A stretch of DNA of 64,000 nt from Chthoniobacterales bacterium (lineage in GTDB: Bacteria > Verrucomicrobiota > Verrucomicrobiia > Chthoniobacterales > DASVRZ01), in contig DATDBU010000108.1 in the NCBI GenBank assembly GCA_036524675.1, forward strand, positions 4,297-68,296, in the 5' to 3' direction. The position numbers were made by a program, and so were the translations under genes. Numbering within the stretch: the stretch's first letter is position 1; every line of letters begins with the position of its first letter. The notes beneath the pieces were generated by a model, which saw only the letters and a list, made by a program, of their open reading frames with translations, ran no database searches and was not told the origin of the DNA. Below, piece after piece: positions 35,653-45,806 of this stretch.

Positions 35653-38628
35653 CTATGCCGTTCTGCCGCAGCAGTTTTTATATTTCTTGCCGCTGCCACA
35701 GGGACAGGGGTCGTTGCGGCCAACGGTGGCAGTCGCCCGCCGGGAGGCGAGGTCGAGCTTGATGGTCTGTTCGTTGGCCGATGGCTCCGTGCCATTTCCC
35801 CCTGAGGACTGATCTGAGCCTCGGGCCGTCTGGTCGTGACTGAGGAGCAGCGTCGGGAGGTTGGCCAGGAATTTCTCGAACGCCATCAGGTTCGTCGTGC
35901 TACGGAACAAATTGCCAAGAATTTCATTTTTGATGTTCGACATCAAACTGACGAACATCTTGTAGGCTTCGTTCTTGTATTCGACCAACGCGTCTTTTTG
36001 ACCGTACTGACGCAGGTAAATTCCTTCACGCAGCGCGTCCATGCCGTAGAGGTGTTCCTGCCAGAGACGGTCGATGGCGTTGAGCAGGATATAACGCTCC
36101 AGGCTCTTCAAAGCCTCGTCATCTTCATGAGAGGCCTTGCTGTTATAGGCGGTCTGAATGCGGTCAACGAGAAACGCTGCGTTTTGCTCGGGATTGCGGG
36201 TCTCGACTTGGGCGTTCTGCGCCGTAAGACCGAGCGGAAAAGTTGTGTTAGCCCAATGAATGAGCCCGCCGTAGTTCGGTTCTTCGCCGGTGGGCGGTTC
36301 AAGGAATTCGCTGACCTTTGCGGGAATGGCTTCTTCGATGACTTCGGAAATCATTTTTCGCGGGTCTTCCGTCTCGATGGCCTCGTTGCGATAGCCGTAA
36401 ACGACTTCGCGCTGCTGGTTCATCACGTCGTCGAAATCCAGCGTGCGTTTGCGCATGAGGTAATTGCGCTGTTCGACCCGTTTTTGCGCGGTCTCGACGC
36501 TATGATTGAGCCACGGATGTTCGAGTTCCTCGCCATCCTGCAGACCGAAGCGCTCCATGATACGCGTCATGCGGTCGGCTGCGCCGAAATTGCGCATGAG
36601 ATCATCCTCAAAGCTGACGTAGAACCGCGATGATCCCGGATCGCCCTGGCGCGCACAACGTCCACGGAGCTGGCGATCAACGCGCCGCGATTCGTGGCGT
36701 TCCGTGCCAATGACATGCAGACCCCCGAGCTCCTGGACCCCCGAGCCGAGTTTAATGTCGGTGCCGCGTCCGGCCATGTTAGTGGAAATCGTGACGGCTC
36801 CCGCGATGCCCGCGCGGGCAACGATTTCAGCTTCCTGCGCGTGGAATTTGGCGTTGAGAACGGTGTGCGGAATCTTTTCGCGCTTGAGCATGCGCGAGAC
36901 CAGCTCGGACGCCTCGACGCTGACGGTGCCGACGAGCACGGGCTGGCTTCGGCTGTGGCACTCAATGATTTCCTGAATGGCGGCGTTGTATTTTTCCCGG
37001 CGCGTTTTGTAGATTCTATCGTTCGCGTCGACTCGGGCGACGGGGCGGTTCGTGGGGATGACAATGACGTCGAGCTTGTAAATATCGTGCAGCTCTGTCG
37101 CTTCCGTTTCGGCGGTGCCGGTCATGCCGGCAAGTTTGGTGTAGAGGCGGAAATAGTTTTGGATCGTGATCGTGGCGAGTGTCTGTGTCTCGCGATCGAT
37201 CTGGACGCCTTCCTTGGCTTCGACAGCTTGGTGGAGACCGTCGCTCCAGCGGCGACCCGGCATTTTGCGACCCGTGTTTTCGTCAACGATGATGACTTTG
37301 TTGTCTTCGACGACGTATTCGACGTCTTTTTCGAAGAGGCAATAGGCGCGAAGCAGCTGTGAAATGTTGTGGATGCGCTCGGTCTGGAAATCGAATTTTT
37401 GCTGGCGCTTCTGTTTTTCCTCTTCTTTCTGCTCAGGTGTCAGATCGCCACTAAGATCGATATCGGAAAATTCGGTGATCAAATCCGGCAGGACGAAGGC
37501 TTCGGGCTCATCAGGATTGAGAAACTCGCGGCCGAGATCGGAGAGGTCGGAGTCGTGAGCCTTTTCGTCGATGGTGAAGTAAAGCTCTTCTTTCAACGCG
37601 AATAGCTCGTCCTTGCGGGTGTCCTGATAAAAGGAGAGCTCGGCCTTGTCCATTTGTTTGCGCATTTCGGGCTCTTCCATGAGACGGAGAAGCCCCTTGT
37701 TGCGCGGCTGGCCGAGTTTGACCTTGAACATGAGGAGGCCGCCTTCCTCGGGTTTGCCGGCATCGAACGCGGCTTTGGCGTCCGTTGTGAGCCGGTTGCA
37801 GAGCATGGTTTGTTTGCGGACGAGCTGTTCGACGAGCGGCTTGAATTTGTCGTATTGATGGGTGGAAACGGTGGCCGGCCCGGAAATGATGAGCGGGGTG
37901 CGCGCTTCATCGATGAGGATGGAGTCGACTTCGTCGACGATGGCGAAGTGGTACCCGCGCTGGACCTGCTGCTCTTTGCTGGTGGCCATGCCATTGTCGC
38001 GCAGGTAATCGAAGCCGAACTCGCTGTTGGTGCCGTAGGTGATGTCGGCGGCGTATTTCAAGCGGCGAATTTGAGGGGCATCATCATGCTGAATGGCGGC
38101 GCAGCTGAGCCCGAGGAAGCTGTAAATCTGGCTCATCCATTCGGCGTCGCGGCGGGCAAGATAATCGTTGACGGTAACGACGTGGACGCCGCGCCCGGCG
38201 AGGGCGTTCAGGTAAACGGGACAGGTGGCGACTAGGGTTTTGCCTTCGCCGGTGGCCATTTCGGCGACGCGTCCGCTATGGAGGACCATGCCGCCGATGA
38301 GCTGCACGTCGAAATGGATCATGTTCCACGTCACGGGCTGGCCGCAGACGGTAAACTCGATTTTCCGTTCCGTGAGGCGGCGTGCAGTATTCTTTACGGC
38401 GGCAAAAGCTTCCGGAAGCAAGTTGTTGAGAGCGTTTTGCAGCTCCTGCGGATCGTCGATTCCGGCGAGGCGGGTTCTCCATTCGTCGGTGAGGGCGCGC
38501 AACTGATCGTCGCTGAAGGATTGGTAACGCTGCTCGATTTCGTTGATCTTGGCGACGATCGGGAGCATCCGGCGGATTTCCCGCTGGTTCTTCGAACCGA
38601 TGATTTTTTTGAGGACCCAGTTGACCAT
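35653..38628 (-). CDS. secA: Preprotein translocase ATPase SecA
   Basis: 'MATGEGKTLVA', 'DEVDSILIDEARTPLIISG', 'TNMAGRGTDIKLG', and C-terminal zinc motif 'CPCGSGKKYKNCCG'. Confidence 0.95.
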   Translation of the reverse strand: MVNWVLKKIIGSKNQREIRRMLPIVAKINEIEQRYQSFSDDQLRALTDEWRTRLAGIDDPQELQNALNNLLPEAFAAVKNTARRLTERKIEFTVCGQPVTWNMIHFDVQLIGGMVLHSGRVAEMATGEGKTLVATCPVYLNALAGRGVHVVTVNDYLARRDAEWMSQIYSFLGLSCAAIQHDDAPQIRRLKYAADITYGTNSEFGFDYLRDNGMATSKEQQVQRGYHFAIVDEVDSILIDEARTPLIISGPATVSTHQYDKFKPLVEQLVRKQTMLCNRLTTDAKAAFDAGKPEEGGLLMFKVKLGQPRNKGLLRLMEEPEMRKQMDKAELSFYQDTRKDELFALKEELYFTIDEKAHDSDLSDLGREFLNPDEPEAFVLPDLITEFSDIDLSGDLTPEQKEEEKQKRQQKFDFQTERIHNISQLLRAYCLFEKDVEYVVEDNKVIIVDENTGRKMPGRRWSDGLHQAVEAKEGVQIDRETQTLATITIQNYFRLYTKLAGMTGTAETEATELHDIYKLDVIVIPTNRPVARVDANDRIYKTRREKYNAAIQEIIECHSRSQPVLVGTVSVEASELVSRMLKREKIPHTVLNAKFHAQEAEIVARAGIAGAVTISTNMAGRGTDIKLGSGVQELGGLHVIGTERHESRRVDRQLRGRCARQGDPGSSRFYVSFEDDLMRNFGAADRMTRIMERFGLQDGEELEHPWLNHSVETAQKRVEQRNYLMRKRTLDFDDVMNQQREVVYGYRNEAIETEDPRKMISEVIEEAIPAKVSEFLEPPTGEEPNYGGLIHWANTTFPLGLTAQNAQVETRNPEQNAAFLVDRIQTAYNSKASHEDDEALKSLERYILLNAIDRLWQEHLYGMDALREGIYLRQYGQKDALVEYKNEAYKMFVSLMSNIKNEILGNLFRSTTNLMAFEKFLANLPTLLLSHDQTARGSDQSSGGNGTEPSANEQTIKLDLASRRATATVGRNDPCPCGSGKKYKNCCGRTA

Positions 38629-38678
38629 GGGAAGGGAATTAGGAAGTCAGAATGAAGAAGGCAGAAGACGGGAGTAAT

Positions 38679-39245
38679 TTACTTGCTGCCGGGGCGGGTG
38701 AGGGGAAGGGAGGCGAGATCAGGCGGAAGAGCGTCAGCCGGCCAGGTCTCGACGTGGAGTTTTAAAAGGGAAACGAATGGTGCGCCGAAGTCGGGTACTT
38801 GATCGCCGCTGCGGTCCACGAGGGTTCCAACGGCTGCGACCACGCCACCGTGTTGTTTGACGATGGCAATTGTCTCGGAAACGCGACCGCCTTTGGTGAC
38901 AACGTCTTCGATAACGAGGAAACGTTCGCCGGGCTTAATCTCGAATCCGCGGCGGAGAACGAGTGCGCCGTTTTCTTTCTCGGCGAAGATGTGCTTTTTG
39001 CCGAGGGCGCGGCCGATTTCATGACCGACGATGAGGCCCCCCAGAGCAGGGGAAATCACCGTGTCTGCCTCGACGTGGCGGAGTTTGTCGGCTAGCTGGC
39101 TGCAGACTTTCGCGGCAATGAGCGGGTGCTGGAGGAGCAACGCGCATTGGAAGAATTGGCGGCTGTGGAGGCCCGAGCGCAGCACAAAATGGCCTTCGAG
39201 GAGGGCGTTGGTTTGTTTGAAAAGCGAGAGGATTTCGTCCGACAT
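38679..39245 (-). CDS. pyrE: Orotate phosphoribosyltransferase
   Basis: 'GHFVLRSGLHSRQFF' and PRPP motif 'FLVIEDVVTKGGRV'. Confidence 0.85.
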   Translation of the reverse strand: MSDEILSLFKQTNALLEGHFVLRSGLHSRQFFQCALLLQHPLIAAKVCSQLADKLRHVEADTVISPALGGLIVGHEIGRALGKKHIFAEKENGALVLRRGFEIKPGERFLVIEDVVTKGGRVSETIAIVKQHGGVVAAVGTLVDRSGDQVPDFGAPFVSLLKLHVETWPADALPPDLASLPLTRPGSK

Positions 39246-39275
39246 TTGGCGTTGCTCTAAATATATAAGCGCAAA

Positions 39276-39653
39276 TCAGGCAACCGCGATGAATTCGATT
39301 TCGACTTGGGCCCCTTTTGGCAATCCAGCGACCTGGATCGTGGATCGAGCTGGGAACGGCTCGGCGAAATACGTGGCATAAACGGCGTTCATGGCCGCGA
39401 ATTGTCCGAGGTCGGTGAGGAAAACCGTGGTCTTGACGACATTCGCGAAGGTCAGCCCCTTCGCAGCGAGGACCGCTTTGATGTTTTCGAGCACACGAGT
39501 CGTCTGCTCCGTGATGCCGCCGGCGACCAGTTCGCCTGTTGCTGGATCAAGCGGAATCTGCCCAGCGGCAAACAGCATGTCTCCGGTCCAGACGGCCTGT
39601 GAATACGGTCCGACGGCAGCCGGAGCGGCGGGTGTGCTGACGATTTCCTTCAT
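39276..39653 (-). CDS. ridA: RidA/YjgF-family reactive-intermediate deaminase
   Basis: 'APAAVGPYSQAV', 'GQIPLDP.TGELV', 'PARSTIQVAGLPKGAQVEIE'. Confidence 0.85.
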   Translation of the reverse strand: MKEIVSTPAAPAAVGPYSQAVWTGDMLFAAGQIPLDPATGELVAGGITEQTTRVLENIKAVLAAKGLTFANVVKTTVFLTDLGQFAAMNAVYATYFAEPFPARSTIQVAGLPKGAQVEIEFIAVA

Positions 39654-39801
39654 GACGGGCAGATAAAATGGGACTGGGAAACTATCAGCAGGGCCCGGGG
39701 TGTCAATTTCGCTAAGCAATCCTCTTTTGCCTTACTCTTAATTCGTGATCTTCCTCTGCCCCCGCATTGCCTCGAAGTGGGAAATCCGGTATTTTCACGC
39801 A

Positions 39802-40380
39802 ATGACCGCCATCGCTGTCAAAGATTTGCGTATTTCTCCCGAAGAATACCTGAAGGAAGAATTAGTGGCTTCGCAAAAACACGAATATGTGGCAGGCGCG
39901 GTTTTTGCCATGGCTGGCAATAGCCGGAATCACAATGAGATCGCTGCCAACCTTTTGTCGATATTGCGCGGCCACTTGAAAGGAAAGCAATGCTCAGCCT
40001 TGGGCAGCGATATGAAATTGAAAGTATCGGCGGCTTGGGGGGAAGCGTTTTACTATCCTGATGTAACGGTCGCCTGCGACCCTACGGATCGTTCCGAGTA
40101 TTTTTTGGAACGTCCGACTATTATTTTCGAGATATTGTCGCCCTCGACAGAAACGGTCGATCGCCGGGAAAAGAGGGTCGCTTATACGACGATTCCTTCA
40201 CTCGAAGTATATGTCCTGATTGAACAGGACCGAATCGAAGGAACGGCTTATCGCCGGACGGATAATGGTTGGGCTGGTGAAATCATTACGGGCGCCGATG
40301 TCATTCTGAAGCTCGCACCTATCCAACTCGATATTCGGCTGGGCGACCTTTACGACGGAACGACCGTCCGTTTCGATTAG
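39802..40380 (+). CDS. Uma2-family (DUF820) putative restriction-endonuclease-like protein
   Basis: 'ISPEEYL..E..S..KHEYV.G.VFAMAG.S..HN', 'YYPDV.V.C', 'PTIIFEILSPST...DR..K...Y..IPSL.EYVLI'. Confidence 0.75.
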   Translation: MTAIAVKDLRISPEEYLKEELVASQKHEYVAGAVFAMAGNSRNHNEIAANLLSILRGHLKGKQCSALGSDMKLKVSAAWGEAFYYPDVTVACDPTDRSEYFLERPTIIFEILSPSTETVDRREKRVAYTTIPSLEVYVLIEQDRIEGTAYRRTDNGWAGEIITGADVILKLAPIQLDIRLGDLYDGTTVRFD

Positions 40381-40386
40381 CTTTGC

Positions 40387-40602
40387 TTACCGCTTCAGCA
40401 GCCACATCACCAGGGTCGCAACCAAGCTGATCACGACGCACGTCACAATCGGGAAATAGAACGAAAAATTCCCTTTCTCCACATGGATATCCCCCGGCAG
40501 CCGCCCCAATGGAATGCCGAATTGCCCGCCTTTCCATAATACCAGTCCGATGACGGCGAGTATCAGCCCAAGAACGAAAAGTGTTTTCCCGATTTCAGGC
40601 AT
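40387..40602 (-). CDS. DUF2905-family small membrane protein
   Basis: 'LGRLPGDIHVEKGNFSFYFPIVTCVVISL' is typical of DUF2905. Confidence 0.7.
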   Translation of the reverse strand: MPEIGKTLFVLGLILAVIGLVLWKGGQFGIPLGRLPGDIHVEKGNFSFYFPIVTCVVISLVATLVMWLLKR

Positions 40603-40611
40603 GGGTGAAAC

Positions 40612-41586
40612 TTACTGACACGCCATGTGCTCGCAAACTTCTCCTTCGTCGAATGGCATCTGCGGTACGAGATCGAGCTTTTCCAACAGCTCCAGATCTT
40701 GGTCTTTGCCCGGATTCGCCGCAGTAAGCAGTTTGTTTCCGTAGAAAATCGAGTTCGCGCCTGCGAAAAAGCAGAGTGCCTGTCCTTCTGGTGTCAGCCG
40801 TGTCCGGCCTGCGCTGAGTCGTACTTTAGCCCTTGGAAATGCGATGCGCGTCGTCGCGATTAAGCGCACGATTTCAAAGATGTCCACTGGCTGCTGTTGT
40901 TCCAAAGGGGTGCCGGGCATTGCCATCAAGCAATTGATCGGGACGCTCTCGGGCGGCGGATTGAACGTGCAGAGCGTCTCGAGCATTTTCAGACGGTCCG
41001 TCACCGTTTCGCCCATCCCGATAATTCCGCCGCAACAGACCGACATCCCCGACTTTTGCACAGAGGCGATCGTATCCAGGCGGTTCCGGTACGTGTGTGT
41101 GGTGACGATTTCCGGATAAAAATCCTCTGACGTATCAATGTTGTGATTGTAGGCCGTGACACCGGCTTCTTTCAGCCGGCGCGCTTCGACGTCGCCGAGC
41201 TGCCCCAGCGTCACGCACACTTCCATTCCCAGCTTGCTTACTTCGCGAATCGTCTCCAGCACCTGATCAAACCGCGGATCGCCGTCCCGCACGCCTTTCC
41301 ACGCGGCGCCCATGCAAAAGCGCGTCGAGCCGTTTTCCTTCGCCTGTTGCGCGATGGGCAGAATCTGCTCGGTCGTCATGAGCCGTTCCGCCTTTACTCC
41401 CGTCGAATAACGGGCGCTTTGGGCGCAGTACCCGCAGTCCTCGCTGCATCCGCCCGTCTTGATACTGAGCAATGTGCAGAGCTGCACCTCATTACCCGTC
41501 CAATGCTCCAAATAGATGTCCCGGCTCTGCTGGATGAGTTTGAAAAACGGCTGATGGTAAATGCGTTCGAGGTCCGCGAGTTTCAT
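40612..41586 (-). CDS. bioB: Biotin synthase
   Basis: Radical-SAM 'CSEDCGYCAQS', 'FCMGAAW', 'YNHNIDTS', 'CCGGIIGMGE'. Confidence 0.9.
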   Translation of the reverse strand: MKLADLERIYHQPFFKLIQQSRDIYLEHWTGNEVQLCTLLSIKTGGCSEDCGYCAQSARYSTGVKAERLMTTEQILPIAQQAKENGSTRFCMGAAWKGVRDGDPRFDQVLETIREVSKLGMEVCVTLGQLGDVEARRLKEAGVTAYNHNIDTSEDFYPEIVTTHTYRNRLDTIASVQKSGMSVCCGGIIGMGETVTDRLKMLETLCTFNPPPESVPINCLMAMPGTPLEQQQPVDIFEIVRLIATTRIAFPRAKVRLSAGRTRLTPEGQALCFFAGANSIFYGNKLLTAANPGKDQDLELLEKLDLVPQMPFDEGEVCEHMACQ

Positions 41587-41635
41587 TAAGTTCCTGCTTC
41601 CTTTGCTTTCCTTGGTGTCAAGATTTGCGCTGGCC

Positions 41636-42403
41636 TCACAGGCCGTACCACCGTCCCCCTGGAGTGGAAATAATCGGCAGTGTGTCGGTCATGTATTGCG
41701 TCTTCCCGACGGCCCCGATCATCTTTTTGCCGCATGCCTCCTGAAACTTTTTGGACATGCTTTCACCTGTGTGACATCCCCAGCTCCGGATGTAGGCGTT
41801 CCTCGCAAAACTGCTGCCCTTGATTCGGCTCAAGTCGTCTTCATGCAGCCAGGCCTTCGAGGCGCTGTCGATTTCGTTGCTGTAGTCAAACATCCAACAG
41901 GCCCTGTTCGAGTGCCCAAAATATTCCAAACCCGCGATTTTCAATCCGTCGCGGTTGTTCAAATAAGCGACAAGCTCCGACGTCGAACTGAACGGCACGA
42001 ATTTCACTCCATAGGCTTCCGGGATCGAGCGGATAATGCTAAAAAGGTCCGCTTTTTCCGTCAACGCTCCGCGCCGTTTGTAAGCCGGCGTGTAAAGTAG
42101 CCATGTGATTCGCGCGTCCGGTCCGTAGGAGTTCCGCAATTCCGCGATGCGAATCCGCGAGGCCCGGATAAAATTCAGCCACCAGTTGTCATGGGGTTGC
42201 GCCTTGAATTTTTCCCACTGCATCAATGAGACGCCGCCTGTGATGATCACATATTCGCCGTCGAGTTTCTGATACGTCGTCGGAGGCGCCGGTAGTTGAG
42301 GCATTGCCGGTTCCGGGGCTATCTGGCCGTGGGCGCAAACGAGCGCTCCGGCGATAAAAAGAAGTCCGAAAGCAATTGAGCGGCGCAATTTCGTCAGAAA
42401 CAT
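41636..42403 (-). CDS. Hypothetical secreted protein
   Basis: Signal peptide 'MFLTKLRRSIAFGLLFIAGALVCAHG'. No family recognised. Confidence 0.55.
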   Translation of the reverse strand: MFLTKLRRSIAFGLLFIAGALVCAHGQIAPEPAMPQLPAPPTTYQKLDGEYVIITGGVSLMQWEKFKAQPHDNWWLNFIRASRIRIAELRNSYGPDARITWLLYTPAYKRRGALTEKADLFSIIRSIPEAYGVKFVPFSSTSELVAYLNNRDGLKIAGLEYFGHSNRACWMFDYSNEIDSASKAWLHEDDLSRIKGSSFARNAYIRSWGCHTGESMSKKFQEACGKKMIGAVGKTQYMTDTLPIISTPGGRWYGL

Positions 42404-42485
42404 GGCAGCGGCGACCTTACGCAGCTCGATTACCGCCATCAAGCGCAACATGGTGATGACGATTGCGGCCGGGCCGCAAATGATC

Positions 42486-44486
42486 CTAGTCACCCCGGAT
42501 GAGGTCTTTCATTCGCGCAAAGCTTGCCCGGGCGGAATCGTTGCTCACGGGAGCAGACATGAGCTGGTGGTAATTCGTGTGTTCGATATCCTCGGGCGCC
42601 AGTTCTTTGATGAACGAACTCGGAGCACAGGGCGAAGCGCTGCCGTATTTCAGACGGCCGCGGCAGTGAGTCAGCGTCAGATTCTTTCTAGCCCTAGTGA
42701 TGCCGACGTAGAGCAGGCGACGTTCTTCGTCGAGGGTCCCTTCAAGTTTCGAGCGATCGTGCGGGAGCAAGCCTTCCTCGAGGCCGATGAGGTAGACATG
42801 AGGGAATTCGAGGCCTTTTGCGGCATGCAATGTAATCAGTGTCACGCCCTTCTGTTTATCTTCCTTGTCTTCTTCTTCCCGCTGTTGATCCAGGCTGAGT
42901 TCGTCCAGAAAACCTTGCAACCCGTCATCCTTGCGGAGTTGATAATCGCCCAATGCGTTGAGCATTTCGCGAACGTTCGTCTCGCGGGAGAGCGCTTCCT
43001 CGGGCGTTTTGCAGGAGCGTGTCAGATCCTCCAGATATTTGGTCTCGGCAATGAGGTCATTGACGACCGCGACGTAATCGGCGCGCGGCTCGAGAATCCG
43101 CGTCTCGTACCGGTCGACCAGTGCCGCAAATGACCGGATGGCTTCCGCCGTTTTCTTTGTGAAGGTCGTCAGGAAAGGGTCAGAGCGCAGTGTCGCAAAC
43201 ACGCTCGTTTTATCGGCGATGCTTTGCTCGATGGCGCGGTCGGTCGTCGCCGAGCTAATTCCGCGCGCCGGGGTGTTGATGATCCGTAGTAAACTCACAT
43301 CATCGTCCGGATTCAAGATTGCGGACAAATACGACAGGATGTCTTTCACCTCCCGCCGGTCGTAAAAACTTCGCCCGCCGATGAGGCGGTATGGGATTTT
43401 CAACCGGCGTAACTGTTCTTCGAGAAGACGCGATTGGGCGTTCATCCGGTAAAGGATCGCGAAGTCGTCCCACGCAACGACTTTTTCCAGGCCGATCCGA
43501 TGGATCTCCTCGACTACGAATTGCGCCTCCAGCCGGTCGTCGGGCACGGCAATGATGCGGATTTTGTCTCCGGCGCCGTTTTCGCTCCACAGTGTTTTCG
43601 GACGCCGGCGCGGATTGTTTTTAATAAGGCTATTGGCGGTGTTGAGGATGGCGTTGGTCGAGCGGTAATTCTGCTCCAGTTTTACAATGTGCGGATTGGG
43701 AAAGTGTCGCTCGAATTCGAGGATGTTCGATACTTCCGCGCCGCGCCAGCCATAGATGCTCTGGTCATCGTCGCCCACCACGCATACGTTGGGCGGGTCG
43801 CCCGCGAGCAGGCTCACGAGATCCATCTGGAGCCTGTTGGTATCCTGAAATTCGTCGACCATCAGATACCGGAATTTCCCGCGCCACGTATCGCGGACGT
43901 CATCGTGTGTGCCGAGAACTTCGACGGCAAGCAAAAGCAAATCGTCGAAATCCACGGCGTTCAGGTGTTTCAATTCCGCCTGATACTGGCGATAAACCGC
44001 CCCAAGTAGCGTCTGATCGTCTGGCGGCGGGCGCCAACCGTTGTTTTTTGCTTTGCTGATGAGCGCTTTTGCGGCACCCGGCTCGAGTTTTTCGTCGCGG
44101 GCGGCGAGACGGTTGATGATTTTCTTAAGAAGCCCCGTTTGGTCTCCCTCGCCGTAGATCGAAAAATTGTTTTTGTAGCCCAGCTTTTCAATCGACGTGC
44201 GCAGGATCCGCAAACACAGGGCGTGGAATGTGGAAAGGGTCACTTTCTTCGAATCCTCGACCATGCCGGCGACACGTTCGCGCATTTCATTGGCTGCTTT
44301 GTTCGTAAACGTCACAGCGAGAATGTGTTCTGGCTTGACGCCTTGATGCAGCATATAGGCGATCCGGGCCGTGATCACGCGCGTCTTGCCCGTGCCCGCG
44401 CCGGCGAGGATCAGTACCGGACCCTCGGTATGGGTGACCGCATCGTGTTGGGCAGGGTTGAGATCGAACAGGCGAAAGCGGCTCAT
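42486..44486 (-). CDS. ATP-dependent DNA helicase, UvrD/PcrA/Rep family
   Basis: 'AGAGTGKTRVIT', 'LMVDEFQDTN', 'VGDDDQSIYGWRGA', 'TLHAAKGLEF', 'RRLLYVGITRA'. Confidence 0.9.
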   Translation of the reverse strand: MSRFRLFDLNPAQHDAVTHTEGPVLILAGAGTGKTRVITARIAYMLHQGVKPEHILAVTFTNKAANEMRERVAGMVEDSKKVTLSTFHALCLRILRTSIEKLGYKNNFSIYGEGDQTGLLKKIINRLAARDEKLEPGAAKALISKAKNNGWRPPPDDQTLLGAVYRQYQAELKHLNAVDFDDLLLLAVEVLGTHDDVRDTWRGKFRYLMVDEFQDTNRLQMDLVSLLAGDPPNVCVVGDDDQSIYGWRGAEVSNILEFERHFPNPHIVKLEQNYRSTNAILNTANSLIKNNPRRRPKTLWSENGAGDKIRIIAVPDDRLEAQFVVEEIHRIGLEKVVAWDDFAILYRMNAQSRLLEEQLRRLKIPYRLIGGRSFYDRREVKDILSYLSAILNPDDDVSLLRIINTPARGISSATTDRAIEQSIADKTSVFATLRSDPFLTTFTKKTAEAIRSFAALVDRYETRILEPRADYVAVVNDLIAETKYLEDLTRSCKTPEEALSRETNVREMLNALGDYQLRKDDGLQGFLDELSLDQQREEEDKEDKQKGVTLITLHAAKGLEFPHVYLIGLEEGLLPHDRSKLEGTLDEERRLLYVGITRARKNLTLTHCRGRLKYGSASPCAPSSFIKELAPEDIEHTNYHQLMSAPVSNDSARASFARMKDLIRGD

Positions 44487-44823
44487 GATCAGGGCCGGAA
44501 TGGGTAAAGGCTGGGATGCGTGAGCGCAAGCCTTCGCGATAGGAAAATCCCAAAACTCCCAAGCTTCATTCTGGTTTGAAGAACGGGGCGAACACTGTGC
44601 GAGCGACGGAGTCCGAAAACGGAACTGTGTTGCAATCCGTCGCGTGTTAGTTATCCTCGGCGCTGCAGCGGATGAGTTGTTAGCATGTCATCAGGAAATG
44701 GGAGCTAGTACGCCTTTGTTTGTCTGATGATGCGTCAACGAAATGGATCGCATGTAGATGATACCCATGCGTCGTGCCATCCATTCGGATAATACATATT
44801 ACAGGTTCTTACAGAGAAGGTTG

Positions 44824-44912
44824 TGTAACGCGGGCATGCTGCCTGCCCTGGAGAGAGTTCCAACGGATCCTCTGGAATCCGCGGAACGGCAGACGGAAAT
44901 ACCCGCGTTACA
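44824..44912. other. 89-nt rod-like nested hairpin in an ORF-poor ~850-bp intergenic region
   Basis: Outer 11-bp stem 'tgtaacgcggg' (44824-34) / 'cccgcgttaca' (44902-12). Inner pairs are ctgcc/ggcag (44839-43 / 44888-92), gttcc/ggaac (44857-61 / 44883-87) and cggat/atccg (44864-68 / 44877-81). Confidence 0.4.
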
Positions 44913-45341
44913 AAGCTTCTCCACGCACTGCGATCGCGCCTTCTGGCTACTGAAGCCGCTTTCGCCATTGAGCACAGCGGCTGCCCATCGTGTTTGCCGG
45001 CACCGGCGTACAAATTTTTCGCCAGGCGTTTCAGTAGACCATAAACAACGCTATTTCGCCAATATTAGTCAACTAGTTAATCCTTGGGGCCGAAAAAGTA
45101 AATCACTCTGTTGGGCTATGACAGCCCGTTTTTCACCGGCAAATTTTGGTTGATGTCCCCGGCTCGGGACGGATTCCGGTTTTGCGAAAAAGCCGATTTT
45201 GCACGGAACGAGGGCGTGGCTGCCCGCAAGCAGCCATCGGAAAACCGGCGGGCGGAAAATCATCATCGCTTTGACCCGATGAACGAAATGAAATTGGAAG
45301 GCTCTTGAAAATGGTCGGATGCCGTTCGTAAAGTTTGATTC

Positions 45342-45806
45342 ATGCGCCGAATTGCCCTCGATGATGTGCCGGAAACTGAATATCGTTCGCCAAAGGGTTT
45401 TTTTTGCCAGCTCAGCAAGGAAATTTCCATCCATCTTGGTGCCCGTGAGAATGAACCTCACCGGCATCCGTTCGAGCTGGAATACACCGTTGTCCCCCCG
45501 GGAAAACGGCATTGTCCGTATCACGCGCATACTGCGCAAACGGAGCTGTATTATGTGGTAAGCGGGACTGGAAAGGCGCGGTATCCGGGGGGAATGGAGA
45601 CGCTGAAGGCTGGGGATGCGATCATTTTTCCACCAGGCGAGGCGCATCAGATCATCAACGACTCGGAGGAACCGCTCGTGTATTTGGTCATCGCGGACAA
45701 TCCGCCGCGCGACGGTGCGTATTATCCGGACAGCGACAAATGGTACTTACCGCCGATCGGCGATTTTCGGTTTACGACGGTGGATTATCACGATGGCGAG
45801 GAATAG
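45342..45806 (+). CDS. Cupin-domain protein
   Basis: 'HAHTAQTELYYVVSGTG' and 'GDAIIFPPGEAHQIIN' cupin motifs. Confidence 0.75.
   Translation: MRRIALDDVPETEYRSPKGFFCQLSKEISIHLGARENEPHRHPFELEYTVVPPGKRHCPYHAHTAQTELYYVVSGTGKARYPGGMETLKAGDAIIFPPGEAHQIINDSEEPLVYLVIADNPPRDGAYYPDSDKWYLPPIGDFRFTTVDYHDGEE

Noticed and set aside
44846-44900. 'CTGGAGAG' plus nearby 'GGAA' elements, which suggested a glycine riboswitch
   Set aside because: The other conserved glycine-aptamer blocks (such as 'CACCGAAGGGGCAA') are absent, and the fold is a simple rod rather than a three-way junction.
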